IMG/VR virus record: IMGVR_UViG_3300032893_000056
Location: 1-56,411 of that record
From: a virus
Taxonomy: Duplodnaviria > Caudoviricetes
Length of the DNA stretch: 56,411 nucleotides
Strand: one strand, 5' to 3'
Position 1 is the first letter of the stretch. Each line of letters opens with the position of its first letter. The notes beneath the pieces were generated by a model, which searched no databases, was not told the origin of the DNA, and worked only from the letters and a program-made list of their open reading frames with translations. Position numbers and translations under genes: made by a program. Positions 16,008-25,530 of this stretch are shown piece by piece.

Positions 16008-16870
16008 CACACACCTCGAATGTGTTTTACAAAAGCCGCTGCGTATTTGTCCACCGTCGATCCCTCAAGACCGGGAGCCGTGTTGACTTCCAAACAGTAC
16101 ACCTCGTTCCGTTTGGCATTATATATGAGGTCAACGGCTCCAAAGTCCAAGCCAAGTTTCGACACAGCCGCCACCGCCATTTCTCGCAGTCGCTCTGGTT
16201 CGACGATGTTTTCACGACAATAGACCCATCCGGTCTGATGATTACGTACCTGAAAGTTTGTAGCGAAGTCGTCGGGGAGATCTCTTCGCTTTCGCTTTTC
16301 TTGAACATCGATCACTTCTCCAAAGGCTACGTGAACACGGAACTCCTGTTGCTTCTTCACATATCGGACATATAGCGGCGCAGCAGGCAGCGTAGCATCT
16401 TGCTCACTAACCAATACAATCCCAGCCCCGCTATGACCAGTAAGCTTAGTACGAGCCACAACAGCCACATGATCTTCTCGAAGCCACTTGTAGGCCACAT
16501 CAACATCGGTTGTGAATTCAGGAATTCGAATACCTTCTGCATCTTTCAGGGCCTCGAAAGTATGTAGCTTATTACCAGCACGAGCCACAGAATCAAACCG
16601 ATTGATAACGTGATCCACCCTAACATTCCCATTACTGCACCCCCAATTAATCAAATGCCGAACACCTCGTCGATCAAAGATCGGATTGGGGCGATCATTG
16701 TAGAGTCGTACCACTCGGGACGACAATAACTGAGCCATTCTTGCCGACAGGTTCGCCGCTGACTGACTCGCTATCTTGTATGGCAGCAGAGCGACTAGTC
16801 GCGGGCTGGCCCTTACGATCCTGTTGAACTGCAAGTTTCTTCTGGTAGTACGTTTGGCTGTATTTTGCAT
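16007..16870 (-). CDS. ATP-grasp ligase (RimK/phiEco32-like)
   Basis: PYK.ASQSA, INWG, NKL..F, GHSGAGI, EFRVHV, VRNH..GW, LDFGAVD, LEVNTAPGL. Confidence 0.88.
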   Translation of the reverse strand: MQNTAKRTTRRNLQFNRIVRASPRLVALLPYKIASQSAANLSARMAQLLSSRVVRLYNDRPNPIFDRRGVRHLINWGCSNGNVRVDHVINRFDSVARAGNKLHTFEALKDAEGIRIPEFTTDVDVAYKWLREDHVAVVARTKLTGHSGAGIVLVSEQDATLPAAPLYVRYVKKQQEFRVHVAFGEVIDVQEKRKRRDLPDDFATNFQVRNHQTGWVYCRENIVEPERLREMAVAAVSKLGLDFGAVDLIYNAKRNEVYCLEVNTAPGLEGSTVDKYAAAFVKHIRGV

Positions 16871-18329
16871 AGAACTCCCCATCGAGGGCCTTCATAATAC
16901 AATCGGGACACACGACTTCAACTGCGTTAATCGGATTGCCACTCTGAGTCTTGCCGTGGACACCCTTGGTTTTGACACTTGTCCAACCACGTTCCCAATC
17001 TTCGATTAGACCACCACAATCACGGCAGGAACAGGTGTCAGTTACATGATGCCACAGGCGCTCACTAACAACTTGAGCATTGTGGGCCAGTGTTTGCGGA
17101 AGCAATTCACAATCCCGAACATAGACCGAGATACCACAGACAGTCTTGGTACACCAGCCCACCTTGGCAAGAATGGGAAATTCCATCCACCGAGGCCACT
17201 CATTCCCAAGGAGGCTGCGAGGCAAGAACCCTTGAGCGTCGTACATCTCGACGCCGGGCTCGACGACTTTGCCTGTCCATTTGATAGCGCCGTTGGGCAA
17301 GGCTTTCACATCCCAGATCTTCACCGCGATCTCTCGGCCTTTTGGGAGGTCTGCCAACTCCACCTTCAAAGACTGTTGCTGTGCCTCCAGACTAGTAAGG
17401 CCATCCTCTCCACCGACCTTCTTCGATTTGGAGTCGCTGTTCGTCGTACTGGTCGACGTCAGAGCACACGTCTTTTGCATCGGTGATGCAGGGGAACAAT
17501 CTTTTTTTGCCGCCGGAAAGGTTACCTGCGTCCCCTTCAGCGGCAATGCCTCCCCCAAGTCATCCTCCCATGTGCCGGCAACGCCTTGCGAGGCCATCCA
17601 AGCCTTGTATCGAGCTGCCATCTGCGGATCTTGATGGAGACCCACTGGCTCTGTCTTCAACTCACCCCTCAGATTGAATGTGAGCAACTCCCCGGGTTCA
17701 ATTTCCTTTGACTCAATGACTTTGATACGCTCACGGATACACGGAATGGTCGCCATCCACGACTCACTGGCGAGAAAGTAGAAGTCATCTGTGGTGATCA
17801 AAGACAGGGGCCGTTGGTCATTCCGCACAGCATGGAACAACTCCGTTTCCATATCGAACCACAGCAGAGCAAACGCCCCTTCGATAGTGGGGATAACTTT
17901 CTGTGGTGTACCTTCCGTCAGTGCATGGCAGATTGCATGGCTATCAACTTCCACCTTTTCAGTGGTGAGCTTTTCCCAACCATAATCGAGAGTACCATTG
18001 TGCATCAGCACGATGTTCTTCTCATAGAACGGATGGGCATTCTCATTGGTCACATTGCCACGAGTTGCTGCTCGGTTGTGGCCCGCAAGAATACGACCTT
18101 CACCTGTGGAACGCAGTCGAAACTGATTCCATTGTTGACACCGGAGCATGAAGTATGGCTGCTCCGCTTGTTTCATCATATCCACCGATCCATCTCGGCG
18201 AATGTTGATAACTCCAGTCGAATCTTTGCCTCGAACAGTATCGAAAATCAACATCTGTTCGAACATATCCAGAGTCTTTGAGTTGAAACCCATCGGTCGT
18301 CGAGCGACAATGCTTACGAGGCCGCACAT
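16695..18329 (-). CDS. Class II (Ntn) glutamine amidotransferase with long C-terminal extension
   Basis: N-terminal MCG, RGKDSTG, GHNRAAT.G, NAHPF, HNGTL, VDS, RN..RPL; C-terminal CxxC pairs. Confidence 0.88.
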   Translation of the reverse strand: MCGLVSIVARRPMGFNSKTLDMFEQMLIFDTVRGKDSTGVINIRRDGSVDMMKQAEQPYFMLRCQQWNQFRLRSTGEGRILAGHNRAATRGNVTNENAHPFYEKNIVLMHNGTLDYGWEKLTTEKVEVDSHAICHALTEGTPQKVIPTIEGAFALLWFDMETELFHAVRNDQRPLSLITTDDFYFLASESWMATIPCIRERIKVIESKEIEPGELLTFNLRGELKTEPVGLHQDPQMAARYKAWMASQGVAGTWEDDLGEALPLKGTQVTFPAAKKDCSPASPMQKTCALTSTSTTNSDSKSKKVGGEDGLTSLEAQQQSLKVELADLPKGREIAVKIWDVKALPNGAIKWTGKVVEPGVEMYDAQGFLPRSLLGNEWPRWMEFPILAKVGWCTKTVCGISVYVRDCELLPQTLAHNAQVVSERLWHHVTDTCSCRDCGGLIEDWERGWTSVKTKGVHGKTQSGNPINAVEVVCPDCIMKALDGEFYAKYSQTYYQKKLAVQQDRKGQPATSRSAAIQDSESVSGEPVGKNGSVIVVPSGTTLQ

Positions 18330-18334
18330 AGAGG

Positions 18335-19252
18335 TTAGATTCCTTTAACGATTTTGGTGGTAAAGAACGGAGCGGTAGCAACGTCTCGCTCAACAATCAA
18401 CTTCGTGGTCGTGCCGGTGGAGATAAACGCTTGCTTCATATTGGCCACAGATTCACGAATCTCTTCGTAACCAGTATATCCAAGAGCTCCCATATTTGAA
18501 GTTCCGAAGATATCCAATAACAGCAGGCCGACGTTGACGGACTCGTCAAATCCATGCAGCAGTTTTCGAAGCTCACCTACATCTGACTTATGGACGAAAT
18601 CCACCAAACGGGTAAGCATATCCACCCACTTCGTGAGCTTGGCCACATCGCGAGTACCGTGCATATGGCGGAACTCAATGGTGCCTTTCTCTCGTAACGG
18701 AACCAGATTCAGCCCGGAATACTTCGACCAACCATCGGTAACGTTGTTCAATCGCTTATCTGCGATACCGGAAAGTTGGGCTGTCTCCAGTACAGGAACA
18801 CAAAAGATATTCTTGTTTCGCCCACGACCAGCAAATCGATAGAACAACGGTTCGAACACTGAATACAGCAGCACAATATTCGAGATCTTTTCGATGGGCA
18901 CATCTTGACAGTTCACGTGGACATGTACACTTGTCCGAGGACTGAAGCAACATTCATCCATCAGTGCTTCATTCATCAGATTGTGCAGTGCTCCCGGTGC
19001 ATATCGCGCTTGGATGGGCCGAGTGAGCCATTCGATGCCATTATTGCGCAAGCTCCCATCATCGGTAGCTGTCCACACAGCCTTTGGATATTGACGAAGC
19101 TCATGATTTTCCACTTCAACTTCAATGCCAACCAGCCGATTTGATAGTCCTTCTTCCGGCTGGATACCATCAGGCACATGCTCTCCCACCGCATCTAGTC
19201 CGAAGTAATTTCGAACGGTTACCACCTTCGGAGCAGCAGGTTTCTTCGCCAT
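18335..19252 (-). CDS. Putative amidoligase (glutamine synthetase/GCS-like, Amidoligase_2)
   Basis: GIEVEVE, DDGSLR..GIE, RTSVHVHVN, KYSGLN, GTIEFRH. Confidence 0.85.
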   Translation of the reverse strand: MAKKPAAPKVVTVRNYFGLDAVGEHVPDGIQPEEGLSNRLVGIEVEVENHELRQYPKAVWTATDDGSLRNNGIEWLTRPIQARYAPGALHNLMNEALMDECCFSPRTSVHVHVNCQDVPIEKISNIVLLYSVFEPLFYRFAGRGRNKNIFCVPVLETAQLSGIADKRLNNVTDGWSKYSGLNLVPLREKGTIEFRHMHGTRDVAKLTKWVDMLTRLVDFVHKSDVGELRKLLHGFDESVNVGLLLLDIFGTSNMGALGYTGYEEIRESVANMKQAFISTGTTTKLIVERDVATAPFFTTKIVKGI

Positions 19253-19253
19253 C

Positions 19254-19874
19254 TTAGCTTCCATGTAGAACCTCATTGACGTTAGCTTCCATCACCTCTT
19301 CATACAAGGTGGCCAGTTTCCCATCAGCAGTCACACGAGCAACCGGATCTGTCCAGAACAGCAACAGATGCTCCTTCGCCTGAGTCGGACTGAGTGCAAT
19401 CGAGAAGTTATTCTCCAATGCAACACTCCGAGCCATGCGCTTATCTAACAGTTGCAGGGCTTCACCTATCGGATATGTCTTGTGCTTAAATGCGGCACTC
19501 ACCGTATTGATGGACATATTATGTCCCGGCCCACCCAGATGGCGCATGGTAGTGGACAACGTACTATTGTCTGAACAGATACCACGCCGCCACTGACGAG
19601 CAGGCCGCCTATGGAAATAACACGCATTGCTCCCATGTTGAAATACACCACTCTTGGGATAACGGAACATCAGGCTGTGATCCGAACTACCAAGATTTAT
19701 AGTCATGGAGCCGTAGTCCGCAGACTCAAGGTGTAGCACACCTACCTTGCTCTCGTCGTGTTCTACTTGGCGGACGAATACCAGCGTTTCAATTCCCTTA
19801 CCCTTCATCTTCAGCCAGACGTAGGTCTCTTGCCAGCGTCGGCGAAAGTCTTCTACTACCTGTGCGTTATCCAT
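19254..19874 (-). CDS. Hypothetical protein embedded in the ligase cluster
   Basis: P.SG.F..R.PARQWRRG; position between two ligases. Confidence 0.7.
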   Translation of the reverse strand: MDNAQVVEDFRRRWQETYVWLKMKGKGIETLVFVRQVEHDESKVGVLHLESADYGSMTINLGSSDHSLMFRYPKSGVFQHGSNACYFHRRPARQWRRGICSDNSTLSTTMRHLGGPGHNMSINTVSAAFKHKTYPIGEALQLLDKRMARSVALENNFSIALSPTQAKEHLLLFWTDPVARVTADGKLATLYEEVMEANVNEVLHGS

Positions 19875-19875
19875 A

Positions 19876-20652
19876 TTAAAGGTCGAACTCCAGTTTCAGT
19901 TCAGCCAGCAGATCCATGTCGCTCTCGTTGATACAGCGTTGAATCCTTATACCTTGTTCTTCCGTGAAGCCTTTGCCACTACGAGCATAAGCAAGAGCCT
20001 TCTCCGACTGGTCCCATGCCCATTGAATACGCTCGTCCGTTTCGATCCAAGCGTTGGATGCCGTGCGATACTCCACACCATACGGCTTGTACCGGAATGC
20101 ACCAGCTTTGCCATACAACTCCCTCCGTTGTTTGTCGTGGTCAAACTCCAACATGAGACAGCCCACGAACAGATCCATTGCCTTGATTACTTCGATCGGA
20201 TCATCGACACCCATATCCAATGCAACATGAATGTGACCACCACACGAACGAAGATTCTTATTCTTCGAACGCGGGCGGGGATTCATCCGACCATCCTTCC
20301 ACGCATTGAAGTCGGGCTCACACCCGAACGTTTGAGCTTCTCGACTGTGCAATTGTTCGTCGGTAAACTCAGCCGATGGGATGATACACATCTCCAGACC
20401 AAGGGACTTCGCCTTCTCGGCGATCCATTCCTTGTTGATGTTGATGTGCTTGATGAAGTCTGCTGCGGATTGGCACGGCGGAGTGTTGAACTCCACTGCA
20501 ACGTTATCCTCCTGCACAGCGTTGCCCTGTTCATCGATGGGCATCGGACGTTCCTTTGAACCCCCGATCTTACGAACACTGCTGATGAACTCTCCATTCA
20601 GCGGATTGCGGAGAAACACTTCCGGGTCGCTTCCGAGCATAAAGTTTTGCAT
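19876..20652 (-). CDS. phiEco32-like COOH-NH2 ligase type 2
   Basis: LGSDPEVF, IGGSK..P, QEDNVAVEFN, FGCEPDFNAW, RSCGGHIH, RRELYGKAG..R.KPYGVEYRT.SN.W. Confidence 0.9.
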   Translation of the reverse strand: MQNFMLGSDPEVFLRNPLNGEFISSVRKIGGSKERPMPIDEQGNAVQEDNVAVEFNTPPCQSAADFIKHININKEWIAEKAKSLGLEMCIIPSAEFTDEQLHSREAQTFGCEPDFNAWKDGRMNPRPRSKNKNLRSCGGHIHVALDMGVDDPIEVIKAMDLFVGCLMLEFDHDKQRRELYGKAGAFRYKPYGVEYRTASNAWIETDERIQWAWDQSEKALAYARSGKGFTEEQGIRIQRCINESDMDLLAELKLEFDL

Positions 20653-20669
20653 GTTCAAACTCCCTTACA
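20645..20669 (-). promoter_or_regulatory. TGTAAG-N3-GTTTG-N6-CAAAM site covering the RBS and start of the COOH-NH2 ligase
   Basis: TGTAAG GGA GTTTG AACATG CAAAA; matches the early-region copies. Confidence 0.55.
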
Positions 20670-21348
20670 GATCGTTAAGGATAAACTTATGAACAAGTTG
20701 CATACAATACTGTACAAACGGATCATTCTCCGGGTCCGAATGGAACTCCGGGTGACCCTGAATAGCCAATGCCTTGATCTTCGGGAACCACACAATCTCA
20801 GGTTCTACCTTATCCTCCATACGTGGATCAGACGTATCATCCCCAATGATGTAGCAACCACGCGAGCGAGGCTTCTGTGCCCACGCAATCATCTCGTGAT
20901 CCACATCAAACGGATACATCATCTGATGGTGTACCGAACTAGTCACGATATCATCACGTCCATCGAACGTAGACAACAGGTGCCTCCTGCCGTGGTTCTC
21001 GACGTGTTGGATCAACCGTCCCCCAGCAAGGGCACATACCAGTTGAGCGCCTCGACATACACCAATAATGGGGATATCCCTCTTGATGCACTCTTCGACG
21101 GCGGCTTTTTCGACGATATCACGGTGAGATAGACGGGCATCAGCCCCATTTGCCGCAGATACCTTGTCTCCGTAGATGGTCGGCGAGATATCTTCCCCAC
21201 CCCATACAACCAGCGCGTCAATGTCGGCTCCATCGGCGATATCCTTTGGACGAACAAACAAACCCTTCGGGTACACTTGATCAAACGGCTCATGTTCACC
21301 TGTACCCATCCCAAGATAACCCAACGTCTTAATAGTCATTGTCATCAT
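20665..21348 (-). CDS. Class I glutamine amidotransferase / peptidase C26 (gamma-glutamyl hydrolase-like)
   Basis: GGEDISP, GVCRGAQL nucleophile elbow, S.HHQ, QGHPE. Confidence 0.88.
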   Translation of the reverse strand: MMTMTIKTLGYLGMGTGEHEPFDQVYPKGLFVRPKDIADGADIDALVVWGGEDISPTIYGDKVSAANGADARLSHRDIVEKAAVEECIKRDIPIIGVCRGAQLVCALAGGRLIQHVENHGRRHLLSTFDGRDDIVTSSVHHQMMYPFDVDHEMIAWAQKPRSRGCYIIGDDTSDPRMEDKVEPEIVWFPKIKALAIQGHPEFHSDPENDPFVQYCMQLVHKFILNDL

Positions 21349-21368
21349 CCTCGTCAATAATCCGATCT

Positions 21369-21734
21369 TCAACCGTTTTTTTGATTGTAAATGTACCAGC
21401 TATCTACCGTGTTGCTGGAATTTTCGTTGTAAAACGTGCCGATGTGCTTGGCATCTGGATGTGCCTTGACAAGAGCACGCAATTCTCCCGCACAGTAGCC
21501 CTCTTCATCCTTCACCCCATAAACATCTTCCTCATATTCGTCCGGATACTTGGGCTTGACAAAGTTGAAGATAAGAGGTTGATCTTGGGCTTCTTCGAGG
21601 GCACTCTTCAACACCTTTTCCCATGAGTTATGTTGAATCTCGCAGGAGCTATAACCATCCCGCACGCGGAAATAACCGGCTTCATAGAAACCGCAGCAGT
21701 GGGGAAGGGGATTCACATCACAGCCGTATCTCAT
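21369..21734 (-). CDS. Hypothetical protein (CCG motif)
   Basis: PHCCGFYE..FYNENSSNTV. Confidence 0.65.
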   Translation of the reverse strand: MRYGCDVNPLPHCCGFYEAGYFRVRDGYSSCEIQHNSWEKVLKSALEEAQDQPLIFNFVKPKYPDEYEEDVYGVKDEEGYCAGELRALVKAHPDAKHIGTFYNENSSNTVDSWYIYNQKNG

Positions 21735-22132
21735 GGTTGATTCTCCTTCAGAACCAATTCACCAGCATTGTTGAACGTTTTCTCGATTACCGGAGCCTCA
21801 CCGGTTTCATATACGGAGAGCACACCAAGCACACCATACAAAACCTTTGGATTCTTGGTTGCCAACTCCTTTGCATGGACTTCTGCAATCTCTTGAGTGG
21901 AGAAAACGATCACCGGATCACGCAACTCACTGCGAATCAACTCCTGCCCAAAACCATCTGCTTCCAGATAAATCGGATTGGGTTCAGCAGCGACCAATTC
22001 CTCCGGAGCAGGACCAACATCGAAGTTACGAAAACCGCGCTGTCCACGAGGCGCTTGTGGCATCTGTCCGAGAACAGGTTTGGTATTGTCTCGTTGCCGC
22101 CCGAGACGAATCACATAAAACTCAGGTTTCAT
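21731..22132 (-). CDS. Hypothetical protein
   Basis: Operon packing, RBS. Confidence 0.65.
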   Translation of the reverse strand: MKPEFYVIRLGRQRDNTKPVLGQMPQAPRGQRGFRNFDVGPAPEELVAAEPNPIYLEADGFGQELIRSELRDPVIVFSTQEIAEVHAKELATKNPKVLYGVLGVLSVYETGEAPVIEKTFNNAGELVLKENQP

Positions 22133-22135
22133 ATC

Positions 22136-22381
22136 CTACTCCACAATAATCTGGGGAACTCCATTATCGACTAGAAAATCAGCATCAGCATTGGTGAGTC
22201 TGACCTGTGAAACAATTGCTAATGGCCGTAGACCCTCCAACTTCCGACCTGTTTTTTCCTCCAATGCCAGCAACACCTCCGGAAAAGAGCGATATCGGGA
22301 CAAGATACCATAATACTGGCCCCGAGCAATCACCGTTGTATACAGTTCATAATATGGCCATTCATTGGTCTGAACGATCAC
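22136..22381 (-). CDS. Hypothetical protein
   Basis: Operon packing. Confidence 0.6.
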   Translation of the reverse strand: MIVQTNEWPYYELYTTVIARGQYYGILSRYRSFPEVLLALEEKTGRKLEGLRPLAIVSQVRLTNADADFLVDNGVPQIIVE

Positions 22382-22929
22382 ACTTCCACTCCTTGAGCTT
22401 CTGCGATGGCATCAAGAGTATCGTCATCCAAAGCCGCATGAATGACAATCAAATCTTCTGCCCACGCTTGCTCTATCTCTCCGATCATATGCCACTTGAC
22501 CGAGTATGGATGATATGGAGCCATCATTCCACGTGGAATCTTGTGGACAAGCATGATGGTTCCCCACTGCTGAGACCACTTATGGTGGCCCTTAGCTGCC
22601 CACTTACGACACACAATGGCACCTTCACCAAAACCCTCCACTCGCTTGAGATCCAGATAATCTTGAACCTCTTGAAGTGAGGGATGCGGAGTCAACAGAT
22701 ATTGAACCTCCTTGGGAACACGACTATTCATCGCATTCTTGCTGCTAATCAAACGACAATTCGTTCGATCTCGATAGTTTACAAGATTCACGGGTTCTTT
22801 CCTCGGATCGGTGTATGGCTCCGGAGTTTTCTTTTTCTCCCCAAATGAAAGATTGTGAGTAATGGGAGCCTCAAAATAATACTTACCCGGCTCCCCCTTG
22901 TCCACATACACATGTGCTCGCTTAGCCAT
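22378..22929 (-). CDS. Hypothetical protein
   Basis: Operon packing. Confidence 0.65.
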   Translation of the reverse strand: MAKRAHVYVDKGEPGKYYFEAPITHNLSFGEKKKTPEPYTDPRKEPVNLVNYRDRTNCRLISSKNAMNSRVPKEVQYLLTPHPSLQEVQDYLDLKRVEGFGEGAIVCRKWAAKGHHKWSQQWGTIMLVHKIPRGMMAPYHPYSVKWHMIGEIEQAWAEDLIVIHAALDDDTLDAIAEAQGVEV

Positions 22930-23764
22930 CTTTTCTTACGCCAAGGTCTTCAACAACATAATTTTGTATTCCTTTGAGATAGGCGTTCCCGCCAAGAAAA
23001 GGAGCGAAACCTCCTTGGTCAATCGGTTGCGGAACAACCGGAGCCGGGTCCAGTTTTGGAACCCCTGCCCTGAGTGCAGGTCGAACATCTGATGCCCCAA
23101 CGGCACCAAGAGATCCCCGTTCTCCAGCTTTTGCCTTTTGTTGAGCCATTGCTTCACGAGCTTGTCGTTGTTCATCTTCCCACACTCCTTTCATATAAAG
23201 GGGAATAAAGGTGCTTTCGGTATTCCAATACACCCAGTCGTTAAGCTTTTCTGCACAGTTGCGTGGATTCCACCGAATCAGGTGCAGATTTTCGGGACCG
23301 TGGACATTATTGGGGAAAATGCCCATATCCACCGCACCATGATCCATAAACCACTTTGGCAGGTCACAATCACCCCACTTATTCTCAAACTGACTTTCCG
23401 TCACACACATCAACAGATCAGGAACCCGCAAAAACCCTTCCTTTGGTTCCCAATACAACATTCCCCGGAGAATCATGGACAGCGCTTCTTGCCACTGGAT
23501 ACTGTCGCTTGTCCAAATTCCGTGCAACTGTTCAATCGAGCTTGTACCACAACAGATAAACACGCCGTTTTCAACCATGAGAGAATTCCAACCCTGTCTC
23601 TGCGTGATACAAGTCTTAACGTTGTACACACGAGGCGGAAACTGGCCTGCTCCGATGTGTTCCGCCCGAATCGTAGAAAAGGCTTCCGGCTTCATCCAAC
23701 CAGTTGAATCAAAGATGTTGCTGGCTTTTAAAGAAACAGGTTTGTGCGTCACAGCCGCTCCCAA
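22922..23764 (-). CDS. Hypothetical protein (CCG motif); start uncertain
   Basis: FICCGTSSI..TESQ..IFPNNVHGPENL. Confidence 0.65.
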   Translation of the reverse strand: MGAAVTHKPVSLKASNIFDSTGWMKPEAFSTIRAEHIGAGQFPPRVYNVKTCITQRQGWNSLMVENGVFICCGTSSIEQLHGIWTSDSIQWQEALSMILRGMLYWEPKEGFLRVPDLLMCVTESQFENKWGDCDLPKWFMDHGAVDMGIFPNNVHGPENLHLIRWNPRNCAEKLNDWVYWNTESTFIPLYMKGVWEDEQRQAREAMAQQKAKAGERGSLGAVGASDVRPALRAGVPKLDPAPVVPQPIDQGGFAPFLGGNAYLKGIQNYVVEDLGVRKDG

Positions 23765-23870
23765 TAAAAATCAACGGTTGACTTTCCGACTTTTCCTTTT
23801 CTTCCTCGCCGATTTGGCGCAAAAGAGCATTGATCTCGTCGAACGATTCTTCATTCAGAACAGGAATCAC
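23709..23870 (-). CDS. Small hypothetical protein (53 aa)
   Basis: Read manually: GGAGG then GTG, MIPVLNEESFDEINALL. Confidence 0.5.
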   Translation of the reverse strand: MIPVLNEESFDEINALLRQIGEEEKEKSESQPLIFIGSGCDAQTCFFKSQQHL

Positions 23871-24124
23871 AGCGCCTCCATGATGGCATCAAAAGGTTTC
23901 TGGTCGTGCAGCACAAAAATCTCCCGCACATAACGAGCGGACTTCAGACGGCCTTCAGCCTTCACACGACCAGTTCGGCGACAGAAATTGTCGCGTTCAT
24001 GGCACTTGGCAAGAGCGAAGCGAACGATACCATTTTCGTAGATAAATGCCACAGTCGTGCCACCCTTGACCGTGACACAATGATTAGCGTCGCGATTGCG
24101 AAGATGAATAAACTTAGCATCCAT
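23867..24124 (-). CDS. Conserved phage early protein
   Basis: GGTTVAF..AKC..RDNF.RR.GR..A.GR. Confidence 0.65.
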   Translation of the reverse strand: MDAKFIHLRNRDANHCVTVKGGTTVAFIYENGIVRFALAKCHERDNFCRRTGRVKAEGRLKSARYVREIFVLHDQKPFDAIMEAL

Positions 24125-24268
24125 AGTTACTCTCCAGAATGACCAATCGTTCAGATACATCTTTGTACTCTTTTGCAAGAGCGCGTAACGCTAACGCGAC
24201 TGGAGAGATTACATCATCTTGCTCCAGCACATCAGCAATTCTTAATGCTTCGGTGATATCCATGTCGA

Positions 24269-24616
24269 CTACTCCTCGTATTCGACTTCAAATTCCTTGA
24301 TGATGGGGCGATCGTAGATTTTCGCCCACTTACGATTCCTTTCAGTATCACTACACACGTGAACGGCCTTATTCGTGTTTCGATACAAAAAGAACTTCGC
24401 TTTCTTGAATTCAGGGAGCATTCGAAGGCTAGTCGGCGGTCGGAAAGCGATATTACCATTAACGCCATATTCGTAAACAATATCTCCCCTTGTAGTAGTT
24501 CCAATGAATCGGAAATTGTTTTCAAAGAGGATGCCATTATAGAACTGAACAAAAGGCTTCCCAGCTTTTGCCTTTTCCAGATCAAACGGCTTGAGCTTCA
24601 ACGGGTCCATATCCAT
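24269..24616 (-). CDS. Hypothetical protein (KPFDLEKAKAG family)
   Basis: AGGAG RBS; motif familiar from proteobacterial phages. Confidence 0.6.
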   Translation of the reverse strand: MDMDPLKLKPFDLEKAKAGKPFVQFYNGILFENNFRFIGTTTRGDIVYEYGVNGNIAFRPPTSLRMLPEFKKAKFFLYRNTNKAVHVCSDTERNRKWAKIYDRPIIKEFEVEYEE

Positions 24617-24791
24617 AGCCAAACTCCTTAGAAAGATCGGTTGCATGAAAACGAGCAGAACGGATGAAATAATCCGGATACAACTTTTCCGCTTCACTGT
24701 GTGCTTCAACGATAGTTTGCGTATTGACGTGAATCCGCTTAACGTCAAACGGAGCCTGCGTATTTACCATCGTTACTTCCCAATTAGTCAT
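24582..24791 (-). CDS. Hypothetical early protein
   Basis: GGAGG RBS before MTNWEV. Confidence 0.6.
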   Translation of the reverse strand: MTNWEVTMVNTQAPFDVKRIHVNTQTIVEAHSEAEKLYPDYFIRSARFHATDLSKEFGYGYGPVEAQAV

Positions 24792-24802
24792 AAAACCTCC
24801 TG

Positions 24803-24988
24803 CTAATGCATTGGTGCTGCGAGTAAAGAACCCATCAAAATCGGATAGGCTTGGCACAACTCTGAAATAGAATCGCATCCCAATTCCGGGTGCGCCGCAA
24901 GATATTTTTCGAACGCTTCACTACCACTTGACGCTTCATGGCGTTCAATCATATTCAGGCTTGTATTGTGGATGATTGCATATTCCAT
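24803..24988 (-). CDS. Hypothetical early protein
   Basis: GGAG RBS. Confidence 0.6.
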   Translation of the reverse strand: MEYAIIHNTSLNMIERHEASSGSEAFEKYLAAHPELGCDSISELCQAYPILMGSLLAAPMH

Positions 24989-25002
24989 GGCAAATCTCCA
25001 AA

Positions 25003-25027
25003 GTTTGCAGGTTCAAACACCCTTACA
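25003..25027 (-). promoter_or_regulatory. TGTAAG-N3-GTTTG-N6-CAAAC site next to an RBS
   Basis: TGTAAG GGT GTTTG AACCTG CAAAC TT TGGAG. Confidence 0.65.
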
Positions 25028-25132
25028 GGTGCCTAACACCATACAATTTCGTCAAACGACACGAATTGATGGTCAATTAGGCCTTTACCCTTACGCAGAC
25101 GATAATAGCCATCCGGGAAGATATACATTTTG

Positions 25133-25288
25133 TTAACCATGATGGTAATTATCCGTGTCAGTCCATTCTTGATGGACGGTGTAGTTAACATCGGTCACTT
25201 GCATCATACTGTTTTGCAAGTGTTGATTGCGGCAATCGATTACCCAAAGGTGCATAACCGTTGCCAACCCGACAAGTGCGGTAACCAT
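25133..25288 (-). CDS. Small hypothetical protein
   Basis: Read manually; AGGAG RBS. Confidence 0.45.
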   Translation of the reverse strand: MVTALVGLATVMHLWVIDCRNQHLQNSMMQVTDVNYTVHQEWTDTDNYHHG

Positions 25289-25289
25289 A

Positions 25290-25439
25290 TCAATGCTCCT
25301 GTTCCGAAGTCAAAAAGAGCCATGCCTGCTCATAATTACCTTGTCCGTCGAATGCGGACCATTCAAAACCATAGTCATCCACTACAAGGGAACAGAACCA
25401 ACATGGGGAGTTATCGCTTACGGCAAAGTCTAAAACCAT
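25290..25439 (-). CDS. Small hypothetical protein
   Basis: Read manually; TGGAG RBS directly after the palindromic site. Confidence 0.5.
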   Translation of the reverse strand: MVLDFAVSDNSPCWFCSLVVDDYGFEWSAFDGQGNYEQAWLFLTSEQEH

Positions 25440-25449
25440 GATGACTCCA

Positions 25450-25474
25450 GTTTGAACGTACAAACATCCTTACA
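25450..25474 (-). promoter_or_regulatory. TGTAAG-N3-GTTTG-N6-CAAAC site next to an RBS
   Basis: TGTAAG GAT GTTTG TACGTT CAAAC TGGAG. Confidence 0.65.
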
Positions 25475-25508
25475 AACCTGTAAGACCATCTACAGGGCCT
25501 TGTAATGC

Positions 25509-25530
25509 AAAAAGCCCGCATATAGCGGGC
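25509..25530 (-). terminator. Intrinsic terminator, last of three tandem hairpins at 25509-25606
   Basis: GCCCGC-TATAT-GCGGGC-TTTTT on the minus strand. Confidence 0.75.
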
